Below are positions 24,902-35,527 of a DNA stretch of 64,000 nt, in pieces. A program made the position numbers and the translations under genes. The stretch is taken from the NCBI GenBank assembly GCA_000989525.1, contig LBON01000006.1, positions 7,914 to 71,913 of the forward strand, read 5' to 3'. Source of the stretch: a candidate division TM6 bacterium GW2011_GWF2_32_72. GTDB taxonomy: Bacteria > Babelota > Babeliae > Babelales > GWF2-32-72. The notes under the pieces were generated by a model. It searched no databases, was not told where the DNA came from, and saw only the letters and a program-made list of their open reading frames with translations. Each line of letters starts with the position of its first letter. Position 1 is the first letter of the stretch.

Positions 24902-25291
24902 ATGGTCGATATTAAAGGCGCATTGGCCATCAATGCCTCCATATTTGTACAAGCCATAAATTTCATAATAACTTACTTAATTCTAAAAAATTTTCTTTTC
25001 AAACCTGTTGTTAATATCATTCAAGAAGAAGAACAGGCAGAAAATCTTTTAAATTCTTCAATAAAATCCAACGAAAATGATATAAGCAAGGCCGTAGAAC
25101 ACAGAAAAAAAGACTGGAATGAATTTAAAAACACGGTAAAAGAAAAAGCCCCCGAAATAGAATCTGAACACGCATTTTTAATAGACGTTTCGCAAACACT
25201 TCAACAAACAACCATTCCAGAACAAGATGCCCATAAATTAAAAACCGAACTTACGAGTTATTTCGTCAAAAAGGTGGAAAATGAATTCTGA
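24902..25291 (+). CDS. F0F1 ATP synthase b-type subunit (b or b-prime)
   Basis: ORF 129 aa with a single N-terminal TM (IFVQAINFIITYLILKNFLFKPVVNII) and a charged helical tail. It lies between atpE and a second b-type gene. Confidence 0.8.
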   Translation: MVDIKGALAINASIFVQAINFIITYLILKNFLFKPVVNIIQEEEQAENLLNSSIKSNENDISKAVEHRKKDWNEFKNTVKEKAPEIESEHAFLIDVSQTLQQTTIPEQDAHKLKTELTSYFVKKVENEF

Positions 25292-25778
25292 TTCTTCACC
25301 AATATTTTTTTTATTTCGAGTTATAAATTTTATAATAATAGCATCAGCAGCAACTTACATATTTCACAAATATTTGCGCAAACCAATCACAGAAGAAATC
25401 AAAAATGCCATTGACAGAATACAATCGTTAATAGCCTTAAAAAAACAAAAAGACGTAGATCTTGAACTCGAAAAAACCTGTTTTGCAGAACAAATACTAA
25501 AAGAAAAAGATCTAACAAAAAAAATAAACTTCTGGATTCAAGAAAATAAAAAAGAAGAAGCCAACAAAAAAGAAACAATTTCCATAACAAAAGCGCGCAT
25601 TCAAGAAAAAATTAAAAAACAATTAGCCGAAAAAGCAAATATTGACCTTCGCAAACAAATTCTTCCAGATGTTTTAAAATCGGCCAAAAAAGAACTAACT
25701 TTAGATTTTGCAGATCAACAAAATGGTCAATTATTTTTAGACAAAATAATTGATTCTATGAAAAATGGAGAGGCCTAA
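25281..25778 (+). CDS. atpF: F0F1 ATP synthase b-type subunit
   Basis: ORF 165 aa with N-terminal TM FFLFRVINFIIIASAATYIFHKYLRKPI and a long K/E-rich helix. It overlaps the previous gene by 11 nt and abuts atpH. Confidence 0.8.
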   Translation: MNSDSSPIFFLFRVINFIIIASAATYIFHKYLRKPITEEIKNAIDRIQSLIALKKQKDVDLELEKTCFAEQILKEKDLTKKINFWIQENKKEEANKKETISITKARIQEKIKKQLAEKANIDLRKQILPDVLKSAKKELTLDFADQQNGQLFLDKIIDSMKNGEA

Positions 25779-26320
25779 TGCAATTAGAAAAAATAGCCTT
25801 ATCAAAAAAATATGCCGCCGCCTTTCTAAATTTATTCATGAATCAACTAAATGATGAAGACATAAAAAAATTTGAAACAGCCGAAACCTTTCTTAAAAAA
25901 AATCGTCGCAATATTTTCTTTTTAAGGTTCCCGAGCATTGATGCATCGTTAAAACAAAAAGTTCTTAATTTAATTTTTGAAAAGTTTCAGATCAATCCGA
26001 TACTATTTAAACTTACCGACCTACTTAAAAGTAAAAAAAGATTATTTTTGTTAAGAGAAACAATTAAACAAATTTGCATTATCTACAAAAGAAGAAAAAA
26101 CATCATAGACTTTAACATCAGTAGTTCTCATCAACTAAATGAACATCAAAAAAAGGTAATTCAAGAATTTCTTGAACACAACACAAAAAAAAATATAACA
26201 TCTTCATACAAAATTAATCCCAATTTAATCGCCGGAATTAGACTACAAAGTAACGAATTACTTTGGGAATATTCAATACAAAAAAAACTTAGATTATTGA
26301 ACAAAGAGCTAACCAATTAA
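25778..26320 (+). CDS. atpH: F0F1 ATP synthase subunit delta (OSCP)
   Basis: ORF 180 aa, correct in size and position. The N-terminus is LSKKYAAAFLNL and the C-terminus is LIAGIRLQSNELLWEYSIQKKLRLL, both typical of delta. ATGA-type coupling to the b subunit. Confidence 0.85.
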   Translation: MQLEKIALSKKYAAAFLNLFMNQLNDEDIKKFETAETFLKKNRRNIFFLRFPSIDASLKQKVLNLIFEKFQINPILFKLTDLLKSKKRLFLLRETIKQICIIYKRRKNIIDFNISSSHQLNEHQKKVIQEFLEHNTKKNITSSYKINPNLIAGIRLQSNELLWEYSIQKKLRLLNKELTN

Positions 26321-26328
26321 GGGAAACA

Positions 26329-27828
26329 ATGGATATTAAAAGCACGGACCTCATATCACTGTTTGAAAAATCCTTATCAGACCAGCCACAAAAAAAATTA
26401 GATGAAATAGGTATTGTTGTTCAAATAAGTGACAACATTTGTAAAGTACACGGACTTTCAAATGCCGTTTATAGTGAAATTGTAGACTTTGAAGGTGGCA
26501 ATAAAGGTGTAATCTTAGACTTAGATGAAGATTTTGTTTCTGTATTTTTATTATACAGAAATATAGAGGTTAATGAGCTCGAAGTAGCCAAGCGAACAGG
26601 TACAGTTTTTAAAACAATAGTTGGTGATGAACTTCTTGGCAGAACTATAAATGCACTTGGCAAACCAATTGATGCTCTTGGGCCCATCAAATACAAAGAA
26701 AAAAGACCTATACAAGTAACCGTTCCCGGGGTTACAGAAAGAAGCCCTGTAAACACTCCATTAGAAACAGGAATATTGGCCATTGACGCTCTTATTCCAA
26801 TAGGAAAAGGACAACGGGAACTAATAATTGGCAACAGAAATACAGGTAAAACAGCCATAGTTGTTGATACAATTTTAAATCAAAAAGGCAAGGATGTTAT
26901 TTGCATCTATGTTTCAATTGGTCAAAGGCAAGCCGGTCTTGCTCGAATAATTAAAACATTAGAAGAACATGGAGCTCTTGAATATTCCGTAATTATAAGC
27001 GCTGATGCCAGCGAAGCTGTTATAAATCAATACCTCGCCCCATACGTTGGAACAACAATTGCAGAATATTTCAGAGATACAAAAAAAGATGTTTTAATTA
27101 TTTATGATGATCTCACCAATCACGCAGTTGCCTATCGAGAAATGTCATTACTCATGATGAGAGCTCCCGGCCGAGAAGCTTTTCCTGGAGACGTTTTCTA
27201 CTTGCACTCAAGATTACTAGAGCGAGCCGGAAAACTCGCCGCCGGTGGATCTATAACTGCTCTTCCAATTGCTCAAGTTCAAAGCGATGATATAACAGCT
27301 TATATCCCAACAAACCTAATTTCTATTACCGACGGACAAATATTCCTTGATACAAAACTATTTAACTCAGGAATTCGTCCTGCAATCAATATTGAACTTT
27401 CAGTTTCTCGTGTAGGTGGAGCGGCTCAAACAAGCGCAGTAAAAAATATGTCAAAAGCTTTAAAACTTGAATTAGCTCAATACAGAGACCTTTTAGATTT
27501 TGCTCAATTTGGAAGTGAACTCGATGAAGTTTCACAAAGAGTGCTCGCTAAAGGCTCTATCGCTGTTGAAATTTTAAAACAAAATCAATTTATAAATTAT
27601 TCATTTATTGACGAAGCTCTAATATTATTTGCCTACAAAGAAAATTATCTCGATAAAATACCATTAAAAGAAATATCTAAATTTCTTAGAAGATATGTAA
27701 ATTATGTAAAATCCGTATATCCAGAAATATGGACAACCATACAAACAACAACGGAAATAAGCCCCGAAACAAAAAAACAACTTGCCATTGTAACTCAAGA
27801 GTTTGAGCACTTGTTTAGCTCTGAATAA
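26329..27828 (+). CDS. atpA: F0F1 ATP synthase subunit alpha
   Basis: ORF 499 aa with Walker A GNRNTGKTA, plus IYVSIGQRQ, YDDLTNHAVAYREMSLLMMRAPGREAFPGDVFYLHSRLLERA and ISITDGQIFL. Confidence 0.97.
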   Translation: MDIKSTDLISLFEKSLSDQPQKKLDEIGIVVQISDNICKVHGLSNAVYSEIVDFEGGNKGVILDLDEDFVSVFLLYRNIEVNELEVAKRTGTVFKTIVGDELLGRTINALGKPIDALGPIKYKEKRPIQVTVPGVTERSPVNTPLETGILAIDALIPIGKGQRELIIGNRNTGKTAIVVDTILNQKGKDVICIYVSIGQRQAGLARIIKTLEEHGALEYSVIISADASEAVINQYLAPYVGTTIAEYFRDTKKDVLIIYDDLTNHAVAYREMSLLMMRAPGREAFPGDVFYLHSRLLERAGKLAAGGSITALPIAQVQSDDITAYIPTNLISITDGQIFLDTKLFNSGIRPAINIELSVSRVGGAAQTSAVKNMSKALKLELAQYRDLLDFAQFGSELDEVSQRVLAKGSIAVEILKQNQFINYSFIDEALILFAYKENYLDKIPLKEISKFLRRYVNYVKSVYPEIWTTIQTTTEISPETKKQLAIVTQEFEHLFSSE

Positions 27829-27896
27829 AATCTCAAAAAAGGGCCTTGTGATTCTTTGTTTATTTGTCTATACTTATCATTATCTTTTGAAATTTT

Positions 27897-27973
<77 letters not shown>

Positions 27974-28014
27974 AAAAAACCCAATATTTCAATAAATTCA
28001 ATTAAAAAATCAAG

Positions 28015-28045
28015 CCCATAGCGCAAAAAGCCATGGGTATTTTTA
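28015..28045 (+). terminator. Rho-independent terminator after atpA and tRNA-Arg
   Basis: Stem cccatagc / gccatggg (one mismatch), loop gcaaaaa, followed by tattttta. Confidence 0.5.
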
Positions 28046-28147
28046 TTAACTCGATATATTTGATCATTTTCATAGCTTTTGCCGATCAGGTAGCATATCA
28101 CAACATATAATGTTTAAATTTAATTTTTTATGTTAAAATAGTTAATT

Positions 28148-30166
28148 ATGAATATATTTAAGCTTAAATCTCCGTTTAAACCCTCCGGGAGTCAGCCAGA
28201 AGCCATAGAAAAACTTTCTAATGGCAGACCAGGCATATCTACATTGGTTGGGGTCACGGGATCAGGAAAAACATTTACGATTGCAAATATTATTGCGGCC
28301 CAAAACAAACCTGTATTGGTTCTTTCACCAAACAAAACTTTAGCGGCCCAGCTTTATGAGGAATTTTGTCAATTCTTCCCGGAAAATAAAGTTTGCTATT
28401 TTGTAAGTTATTACGATTACTACCAGCCGGAATCTTATCTTCCCGCACAAGATATTTACATTCCAAAAGATACAAAAGTGAATTCTGAAATCGAACGATT
28501 ACGAATTGAATCAACAGCTTCTTTAATCAACAGGCAGGATACAATTATTATCGCCTCTGTTTCCTGTATTTATTCCCTTGGGGATCCAGAGGATTACCGT
28601 AATTTGGCACTCTCTTTAAATGTTGGACAAAAAATTTCACGCAGTGAATTGATTCGCAAACTTGTATTTATTCAATACGAAAGAAATGAAACAGAAAAAG
28701 CACCCGGATCATTCCAAGTTCTTGGAAACACAATTGAAGTCAATTTACCTTACCAAAAAGAAAAATTAAGAATTGAACTATTTGGAGAAAAAATAGATTC
28801 TCTTGAATGGGTACATAAACAAAATAATAATGTAATTTCTGAATTAGATAATACTTTAATTCTGCCCGCAAAACATTTTGTAACAACAGAAGAAAAAAAA
28901 GAAGCCGCCATTAAAAGTATTCGTGCAGAGTTAGAGGAATATGCCCCAACATTAGAAAATCCTTTGTATGCAGAACGACTACGAACAAGAATTAATCATG
29001 ATTTAGAAATGATTCAAGAAGTTGGCTATTGTTCAGGTATCGAAAATTATTCCACCCACTTTGAAGGTCGTGCTTCTGGCAAAGCCCCAAATTGTTTATT
29101 CGACTTCTTTCCAGAAGATTTTTTATTAATAGTAGATGAATCTCACATAGCTCTTCCTCAATTGCGAGGAATGTACGCAGGTGATAAAGCTCGCAAAAAA
29201 TCATTAATTGATTTTGGATTCCGCTTACCTTCTGCTTATGACAATCGCCCATTGAGATTTGAAGAAACCGAAAAATATTTTAAAGACGCAATTTTTGTTT
29301 CCGCAACACCTGGTGAATATGAATTACAAAGATCAACAACAATAGCCCAACAAATTATTCGACCTACCGGACTATTAGATCCTATTGTTGAAATACACCC
29401 TCGTAAAAATCAAATCGATCATCTTGTTTCTCAAATTAAAGAAAAAAAAGAAAATGGTTTTAGAACTCTTGTTACAGTCCTAACCAAAAAAATGGCCGAA
29501 GAATTAGCTAAATATCTAGAAGAACAAAAAATTAAAGTCTGTTACATGCACAGTGATATCAAAACACCACAGCGTACGGAATTATTACATAAACTTCGAC
29601 TAGGTGTGTTTGACTGCCTAGTAGGCGTTAACTTATTACGCGAGGGGCTTGATCTGCCTGAAGTTGCCCTTGTTGCGATTATGGATGCAGATGTTGAAAG
29701 TTTTTTACGTGACAGAAAATCTCTAATTCAAACAATAGGTCGTGCTGCCAGAAATACAGAGTCAAAAGTAATTTTGTATTGTGATAAAGAAACAAAATCT
29801 ATCAAAGATGCAATGGCTGAAACCAATTATAGAAGAACCTTACAGCAAGAATATAATGACAAACACAACATTACACCCAAAACAGTAAAGCGCGAAGTTT
29901 CTAAATCTATTTCTAGTTTGCAAGAAGGTATAGCTAAAGCATCTAAATTAAATAAAAAATCTACTCGAAATAAACTTCAGGAAAGTGACTCAATAAATTC
30001 TAATGATTCAATTCTTCAACAAGATTTAGATCAAAACATCAAAAAGAAACTCATTGAGCTGGAATTGGCAATGAAAGAAGCTGCTGAAAATCTAGAATTT
30101 GAAAAAGCCATTGAATTAAGAGAAGAATGGTTAGCCCTTCGACAAACTCAGGTTAATAAAGATTAA
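28148..30166 (+). CDS. uvrB: Excinuclease ABC subunit B
   Basis: ORF 672 aa. PSGSQPEAIEKL, GVTGSGKTFT (Walker A), YYDYYQPE, helicase motifs DESH and VGVNLLREGLDLPEV, and a C-terminal UVR motif LEFEKAIELREE. Confidence 0.97.
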   Translation: MNIFKLKSPFKPSGSQPEAIEKLSNGRPGISTLVGVTGSGKTFTIANIIAAQNKPVLVLSPNKTLAAQLYEEFCQFFPENKVCYFVSYYDYYQPESYLPAQDIYIPKDTKVNSEIERLRIESTASLINRQDTIIIASVSCIYSLGDPEDYRNLALSLNVGQKISRSELIRKLVFIQYERNETEKAPGSFQVLGNTIEVNLPYQKEKLRIELFGEKIDSLEWVHKQNNNVISELDNTLILPAKHFVTTEEKKEAAIKSIRAELEEYAPTLENPLYAERLRTRINHDLEMIQEVGYCSGIENYSTHFEGRASGKAPNCLFDFFPEDFLLIVDESHIALPQLRGMYAGDKARKKSLIDFGFRLPSAYDNRPLRFEETEKYFKDAIFVSATPGEYELQRSTTIAQQIIRPTGLLDPIVEIHPRKNQIDHLVSQIKEKKENGFRTLVTVLTKKMAEELAKYLEEQKIKVCYMHSDIKTPQRTELLHKLRLGVFDCLVGVNLLREGLDLPEVALVAIMDADVESFLRDRKSLIQTIGRAARNTESKVILYCDKETKSIKDAMAETNYRRTLQQEYNDKHNITPKTVKREVSKSISSLQEGIAKASKLNKKSTRNKLQESDSINSNDSILQQDLDQNIKKKLIELELAMKEAAENLEFEKAIELREEWLALRQTQVNKD

Positions 30167-30223
30167 TTTCGACTGTTTTTTTTAAATTGATTAATTAATT
30201 TAAAAATATAAAAAATTAATTAA

Positions 30224-30614
30224 GAACTTATACGAAAATTATTTAAAGGACTCGATCCTTCGACGAACTCAGGATGACATCCGTTTTAATTTTTATTCCT
30301 AATTCAATACTACGATAACATCCATCTTTATTTTTATTCGTGTGACCAGAAAACCTCAAGTCTTTTAAGCCGGGTAATGAATGGTCTCCCTTATTTCTAA
30401 TTCAATACTAAATTTTTAAAAATTTAATTTAATAATAATCACATAGTTTAAGGCTACCGAACTAGAACAACGCGATAAAATATAAATTAATATGACGGAT
30501 GTCATCCTGAGCTCGTCGAAGGATCTCATCCTGAGTGAATCCGAACGCAGTAAGGATTTGTATCGAAGGATCAAGTCCTTTTTTGATGTAAAAAATTAGT
30601 GTTTTTAAATTTTC
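30224..30614. mobile_element. MITE-like inverted-repeat element, copy 4 (full length; short left arm, long composite right arm)
   Basis: Left: agaacttatacgaaaattatttaaaggactcgatccttcgacgaactcaggatgacatccgt. Right: gacggatgtcatcctgagctcgtcgaaggatctcatcctgagtgaatccgaacgcagtaaggatttgtatcgaaggatcaagtcc (30494-30578), then ...attttcgtataaacac. It has the conserved interior plus an extra internal module. Confidence 0.9.
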
Positions 30615-30640
30615 GTATAAACACTTAATTAAAATTATTT

Positions 30641-31615
30641 TTAACTTTTAATCACTTCAAACTCATATGCATCGCGAATAATATTTCCCAAATCAGAAAA
30701 TTCCGATTTCCAACCAAGAACATCATGAACCGTACTCGCATCTGAAACTAAAACAGCTGGATCTCCTTCTCGTCGTTCACATTCTTGAATTTTTACAACC
30801 GTTCCCACAACTTGCTCAACTATATTAATTAACTCGCGCACGGAGTAACCAGTTCCAGTTCCCAAGTTAAAACAATTTGATGTGGCACCATTTAATAAAT
30901 ATTCCAGAGCCTTACAGTGAGCCGTTGCCAAATCTTTTACATGAAGGTAATCACGAATACACGTTCCATCAGGCGTTGAATAATCCGTGCCAAAAATTTT
31001 AAATTCTTTATTTTGCATAGCTGCCTTTAACAAAAGTGGAATAATATGCGTTTCAGGCTCGTGCTGTTCACCGAGCCCCTCTTCTGGAATTGCACCTGCC
31101 GCGTTAAAATAACGCAAGCCAACAAAGCTCATGCCGTAAGCATTTGCAAAATCCTCTAAAATCATTTCTACCGCAAGTTTTGTATTCCCATATGGACTTA
31201 TTGGTTTTTTTGGATGATCTTCGCGCAAGGGAAGTTTTTGAGGGGTTCCGTAGACCGCACAGCTAGAAGAAAAAATAAAATTTTTAACTTTGTGTTTTTG
31301 CATCTCTTCAAGAAGGGCAAGCGTTTTAACCACATTATTATTATAAAAATCAGCTGGATCTTTTACAGACCTGCCTACTTCTATGAATGCAGCAAAATGA
31401 AGAACTGCTTCAATTTTATTTTCTGTAAATATTTTTTTTAAAATGTCTTTATCTGCAAAATCTGCTTGAATTAATTTGGCCCAGCTGTGCTCAAATTTTT
31501 GTGCGTAAATTAATTTATCTAAAATTATAACTTCATAACCCTTTGTATGTAGAAGGTGTGCAACGCACGAACCAATGTAACCAGCTCCACCAGTAACTAA
31601 AATTGTTTTTTTCAC
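30641..31615 (-). CDS. galE: UDP-glucose 4-epimerase
   Basis: ORF 324 aa with Rossmann motif VTGGAGYIGS and catalytic SPYGNTKLAVE (YxxxK). Collinear with GalE throughout. Confidence 0.92.
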   Translation of the reverse strand: MKKTILVTGGAGYIGSCVAHLLHTKGYEVIILDKLIYAQKFEHSWAKLIQADFADKDILKKIFTENKIEAVLHFAAFIEVGRSVKDPADFYNNNVVKTLALLEEMQKHKVKNFIFSSSCAVYGTPQKLPLREDHPKKPISPYGNTKLAVEMILEDFANAYGMSFVGLRYFNAAGAIPEEGLGEQHEPETHIIPLLLKAAMQNKEFKIFGTDYSTPDGTCIRDYLHVKDLATAHCKALEYLLNGATSNCFNLGTGTGYSVRELINIVEQVVGTVVKIQECERREGDPAVLVSDASTVHDVLGWKSEFSDLGNIIRDAYEFEVIKS

Positions 31616-31740
31616 TTTGGTTTCTCTTTTTTAAGCCCATTGAATTAAAAATTGTAAGAAAATAGGTTACTTGTGAGATTTTATATTGTCCAAAAAATTA
31701 ATCTGTCTTTTAGTTCAAATGGGACAGAAAAAGTGCATAA

Positions 31741-31768
31741 AAAAGCCCCGCAATTGCGGGGCTTTTTT
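31741..31768. terminator. Rho-independent terminator (symmetric; serves the minus-strand 92-aa gene)
   Basis: aaaaaa-gccccgc-aatt-gcggggc-tttttt (stem 31745-31751 / 31756-31762), 16 nt downstream of the stop at 31784. Confidence 0.8.
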
Positions 31769-31783
31769 AGTTATAAATGAATT

Positions 31784-32062
31784 TTAATTTTTTGAGACCC
31801 ATTTATTATCTTCAAAAAATATTTTTTTACCACTCAGATACACGACTAATTGAGGTTTGGCACCACCCAATGGATACATCGTGTTTAAAATATTTATAAC
31901 GGCTGGATAGTTTTGTGCCTCAAGATTTTTGTTCATTAACTTAGAATAATATTCTTTTGAATCTTTTATAAAGCCCATCGTTTCTTTATTCAAAGAATCT
32001 AAATCGGCTTGAATCAAAAAAGTTATTAAGGCTAAACTAAAGAATAAAACTTTATTTTTCAC
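31784..32062 (-). CDS. Small secreted protein, unknown function
   Basis: ORF 92 aa with signal peptide MKNKVLFFSLALITFLIQA. A strong terminator follows it. Confidence 0.65.
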   Translation of the reverse strand: MKNKVLFFSLALITFLIQADLDSLNKETMGFIKDSKEYYSKLMNKNLEAQNYPAVINILNTMYPLGGAKPQLVVYLSGKKIFFEDNKWVSKN

Positions 32063-32075
32063 AATCGCATCCTTC

Positions 32076-32837
32076 TCAGAACATGTCGGGCGTTACACCA
32101 GTATCTTTTGTTTCTTCTGGTTTTGTTTCTGGTTGTTTAGTTTCTTCTGTTGTTGGTGTTACTGATTGTACGTCAGCGGCAAGCTCTTTTGTTTGTGCTG
32201 CAGGTTGTGTAGTCGATTGTTTTTCGACTTCTGTTGGCACACCTTCTAAGACATCTTTGACTTCTGATTCTACTGCTGCATCTTTAGCTTCAACAACATC
32301 CTCTTCTGCCGGCGTTGTACCCTTTACTTTCTTTGGTGCCATTTTATATGCTATCCCTGCTGCACCAACAGTTGCCCCACTGACCACAAGAACCACTCCC
32401 GTTTTCCATTTATTTTCTTTAGCCCATATCCAGAGATTCTTCATTTTTTTTGCAAAGAAACCAGGGTCTTTTTGTGCAGCATTTAAAGTAGATGCATCAA
32501 AAACAATTAATTTTTCTATATGTGCTTTTGCAAGAAGCCCTCCAAGCAATTCTCTTTTTTGCTCCGGTTTTAATTTATCCCAATTGTTTAATTTTTCATT
32601 GTACTTTTTTTTAACGGCATCTGTTTTAAATTTCCCAATAGCTTCTTTTAATGGAATTAATAAGTTATCCTTAATGTTAGTAAGTTCTTTTTCATCTATA
32701 TTGCTATATGTCATATTCCAATCGATTTGTCCGGCAGCTGTTAAGTTTTTTGGCATCACACCCTTTGAAGTTACGCCTTCTACGGCTACGGAACCAAGCG
32801 CCAGCATCATTATGCTTAATATGGTGAGTTTTTTCAT
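32076..32837 (-). CDS. Secreted/membrane-anchored protein with T/E/P-rich C-terminal tail, unknown function
   Basis: ORF 253 aa with signal peptide MKKLTILSIMMLALGSVAVEG, internal TM TGVVLVVSGATVGAAGIAY and a low-complexity acidic tail. The fully overlapping plus-strand ORF 32083-32877 is low-complexity antisense and was rejected. Confidence 0.75.
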   Translation of the reverse strand: MKKLTILSIMMLALGSVAVEGVTSKGVMPKNLTAAGQIDWNMTYSNIDEKELTNIKDNLLIPLKEAIGKFKTDAVKKKYNEKLNNWDKLKPEQKRELLGGLLAKAHIEKLIVFDASTLNAAQKDPGFFAKKMKNLWIWAKENKWKTGVVLVVSGATVGAAGIAYKMAPKKVKGTTPAEEDVVEAKDAAVESEVKDVLEGVPTEVEKQSTTQPAAQTKELAADVQSVTPTTEETKQPETKPEETKDTGVTPDMF

Positions 32838-33094
32838 CCCCTTCTCCTTCTATTTGTTAGGGAGGTTAAACATTTAACTCATTACTATTTAATTAAAAAG
32901 CTAGCAATATTATAAAAACAAAGTCAATAATTTGTTTTCTATTCTCAGCGCTTTTTATTTAAACTAACTGGTAAAACTTAAAAATACTTGGAATGCAGGG
33001 GCTTTATTTTTCTGATAGACTAAATAATGTTCTTTTTTGTAGGGTTGATTTTAATTAAAAAAAACCGATTATTAGCTAAAAAATAAGGAAAAAA

Positions 33095-34345
33095 ATGTTT
33101 ACAAAAGTCAAAGGTACACAGGATTTTTTAGATCTTACGCTGTTTAAATTTTTTATCGATCAATCACAAAGACACTTTTTAAATTATGATTTTACAGAAA
33201 TTGCAGTACCTATTTTAGAGTCAGTCGCACTATTTAAACGATCCCTCGGAGAAGAAACTGATGTGGTTTCAAAAGAAATGTTTATTATAAAGCCAGCTGC
33301 AGAAAGTAAAGATGAAATTTGTTTAAGACCGGAAGCCACAGCTTCAATAGTACGTGCATTTGTGGAAAATAGTGTTCAACATGCTCCATGGAAGGTGTTT
33401 ACTTACGGCCCTATGTTTAGATATGAACGACCACAAAAAGGACGGTACCGCCAGTTTCACCAAGTAAGTGTTGAAGTCATTGGTTCAAAATCCATTTTTC
33501 AGGATGCCCAATTAATTAAAATGTTTGATAGGTTATTTACAGAAAAATGTATGTTACAAAACTATGTTCTTCAAATCAATTTTTTGGGATGTCCAGAAGA
33601 TAGAAAGCTTTTTAAAGAAAAATTATATAAATTTTTAGAAAGTAAATCTGATCAAATTTGTCAAAAATGTTTGGAAAGAAAAGAAAAAAACATTCTTCGT
33701 GTTTTAGATTGTAAGATTGAAACTTGCCAAAAAAATTATGAAAAAGCACCCAAGATCACAGACAGCTTATGCGGTGAATGTTCTAAAGAATGGCAAAAAC
33801 TTCAAGAAACTTTAGAAATTCTATCAATCTCTTTTATAATTAATTCAAAATTAGTTCGTGGATTGGATTATTACAATAAAACAGTTTTTGAATTTGTAAG
33901 TGACTCTCTTGGAGCACAAAGTGCATTTTGTGCCGGCGGTCGTTATGACAATTTAGTTAAAGAAGTTGGTGCTAAAGAAGATTTTCCTTCAGTTGGTGCC
34001 GCAATTGGTATCGAACGTATGCTTCTATTATTAGAAGAAGTTCAAGATAAATTGAGTTTACCGCAACCAAAAGTTTTGACGGTGATTATGCCTGTAGAAG
34101 AAGCTCAAAATGAATTAGCTTTGCTTGTGGCAGATGAACTTCAGGCCCATAATCTTTGTACAGAAGTTATGCTAGAAGGTGATTCATTTAAAAGCATGAT
34201 GCGTAAAGCTAATAAACTTGGCGCTAAACATGTAATTATTTTGGGCGAAGATGAACAAAAAAACGGTACTTTAACCATTAAAAACATGCTTACTGGTACG
34301 CAAAATGTAATACCGCAAAGTGAAGTTGTTAAGTATCTTTCTTAG
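33095..34345 (+). CDS. hisS: Histidine--tRNA ligase
   Basis: ORF 416 aa with class II motifs LRPEATASIVRA, YGPMFRYERPQKGRYRQFHQ and GGGRYDNL, plus a C-terminal anticodon-binding domain. Confidence 0.96.
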   Translation: MFTKVKGTQDFLDLTLFKFFIDQSQRHFLNYDFTEIAVPILESVALFKRSLGEETDVVSKEMFIIKPAAESKDEICLRPEATASIVRAFVENSVQHAPWKVFTYGPMFRYERPQKGRYRQFHQVSVEVIGSKSIFQDAQLIKMFDRLFTEKCMLQNYVLQINFLGCPEDRKLFKEKLYKFLESKSDQICQKCLERKEKNILRVLDCKIETCQKNYEKAPKITDSLCGECSKEWQKLQETLEILSISFIINSKLVRGLDYYNKTVFEFVSDSLGAQSAFCAGGRYDNLVKEVGAKEDFPSVGAAIGIERMLLLLEEVQDKLSLPQPKVLTVIMPVEEAQNELALLVADELQAHNLCTEVMLEGDSFKSMMRKANKLGAKHVIILGEDEQKNGTLTIKNMLTGTQNVIPQSEVVKYLS

Positions 34346-34357
34346 CGTTTATTTAAA

Positions 34358-34655
34358 AGCTTATACAAAAATTATTTAAAGGACTCAATCCTTCGACCAG
34401 CTCAGGATGAAATCCGTCATATTAATTTATATTTTATTGCGTTGTTCTAGCCCTGTAGCCTTAAACTATGTGATTATTATTAAATTAAATTTTTAACATT
34501 TTAGTATTGAATTAGAAATAAGAAAGACCATTCATCTACTGGCTTAAAAGAAAAAATAAAGACGAATGTCATTTTAGTATTAAATTAGAAGTAAAAATAA
34601 AGACGGATGTCATCCTGGGCTTGTCGAATGATCAAGTCCGTTTTTATAATAATTC
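34358..34655. mobile_element. MITE-like inverted-repeat element, copy 5
   Basis: Left: agcttatacaaaaattatttaaaggactcaatccttcgaccagctcaggatgaaatccgtc, then interior catattaatttatattttattgcgttgttctag... There is an internal half-arm gacgaatgtcat (34561). Right arm: gacggatgtcatcctgggcttgtcgaatgatcaagtcc (34602-34639). Confidence 0.88.
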
Positions 34656-34798
34656 AGTGGAGAGACAATACCCGCTCTTGTCATGTGATTATTCTCTGAT
34701 GAAAACCAACACCAAAAGAATCTAACTATTGCTTTAGCAGAAAATCATTTGTTAAATTCTTAAATTAATAAAAATTATTTAATTAAAGGATAAGAACA

Positions 34799-35494
34799 GT
34801 GAAAAAACTTATTTTTTCTTCTATATTTTTTATATTTTTTTCCACAGAAACTGATTCCAGACTATTAAACTTTTTATCATACGAGCCCAAAACAGAAACT
34901 ATAGATAATAGTGTTCATAGTCATACTACTCACCATACAACTCAAAACAATTACAACATGGGATTCGGTTTTGAAAATAAAATAAATGCCTTTGCTCAGG
35001 GTGCATCTCAAGCCGCAAAAGCAAAATTACCTCTGATAAAAGATTTTTTAATTAATAATAAATACAAAATTACAATTGGAACTGTGGTTGTTATTTACTC
35101 CTACCTTCTATGGCAAATTACAAGTTTAAACAAAAAAATTGCCACCGGCACAACTTGGTCTTCCTGGAAAAACAACTTAACAATGAAAGAACTTTATCAA
35201 ACCTGTCACAAAAAATTAGCCGAAGAATTAATTCGAGATATTAAACTTAAATATATGGATGCAAAAAATTTTGAAAATCTTTCGGCTTCAATATTCGCTT
35301 TTTCTTCAGACATAAACAAAGAAATAAAAACACTCAAACGATACAATTTCATTGTTACATGGATAAAACGTTTTTTAATTGGTTTTGCTTTTCCAATTCA
35401 ACATATTTTATGCCTGGAAGCAGATCAAAAAATAGCCCGTCTTGAATTCATGAAGAGTTTACTATCTGAATGGATGATCGATCGGAAATCTTAA
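34799..35494 (+). CDS. Membrane-associated protein, unknown function
   Basis: ORF 231 aa with a GTG start. Signal-like MKKLIFSSIFFIFFS, a His/Thr-rich stretch HSHTTHHTTQ, and one internal TM ITIGTVVVIYSYLLWQI. Confidence 0.65.
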   Translation: MKKLIFSSIFFIFFSTETDSRLLNFLSYEPKTETIDNSVHSHTTHHTTQNNYNMGFGFENKINAFAQGASQAAKAKLPLIKDFLINNKYKITIGTVVVIYSYLLWQITSLNKKIATGTTWSSWKNNLTMKELYQTCHKKLAEELIRDIKLKYMDAKNFENLSASIFAFSSDINKEIKTLKRYNFIVTWIKRFLIGFAFPIQHILCLEADQKIARLEFMKSLLSEWMIDRKS

Positions 35495-35527
35495 TAGATA
35501 AATATCATTTAAAGCTATTTTAAACTT

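Noticed and set aside
32083-32877. 264-aa plus-strand ORF fully overlapping the minus-strand 253-aa ORF
   Set aside because: Its translation is low-complexity S/V/F/C-rich with no start context. The minus-strand frame gives a proper signal peptide, a TM segment and sensible composition. I treated it as an antisense artefact.
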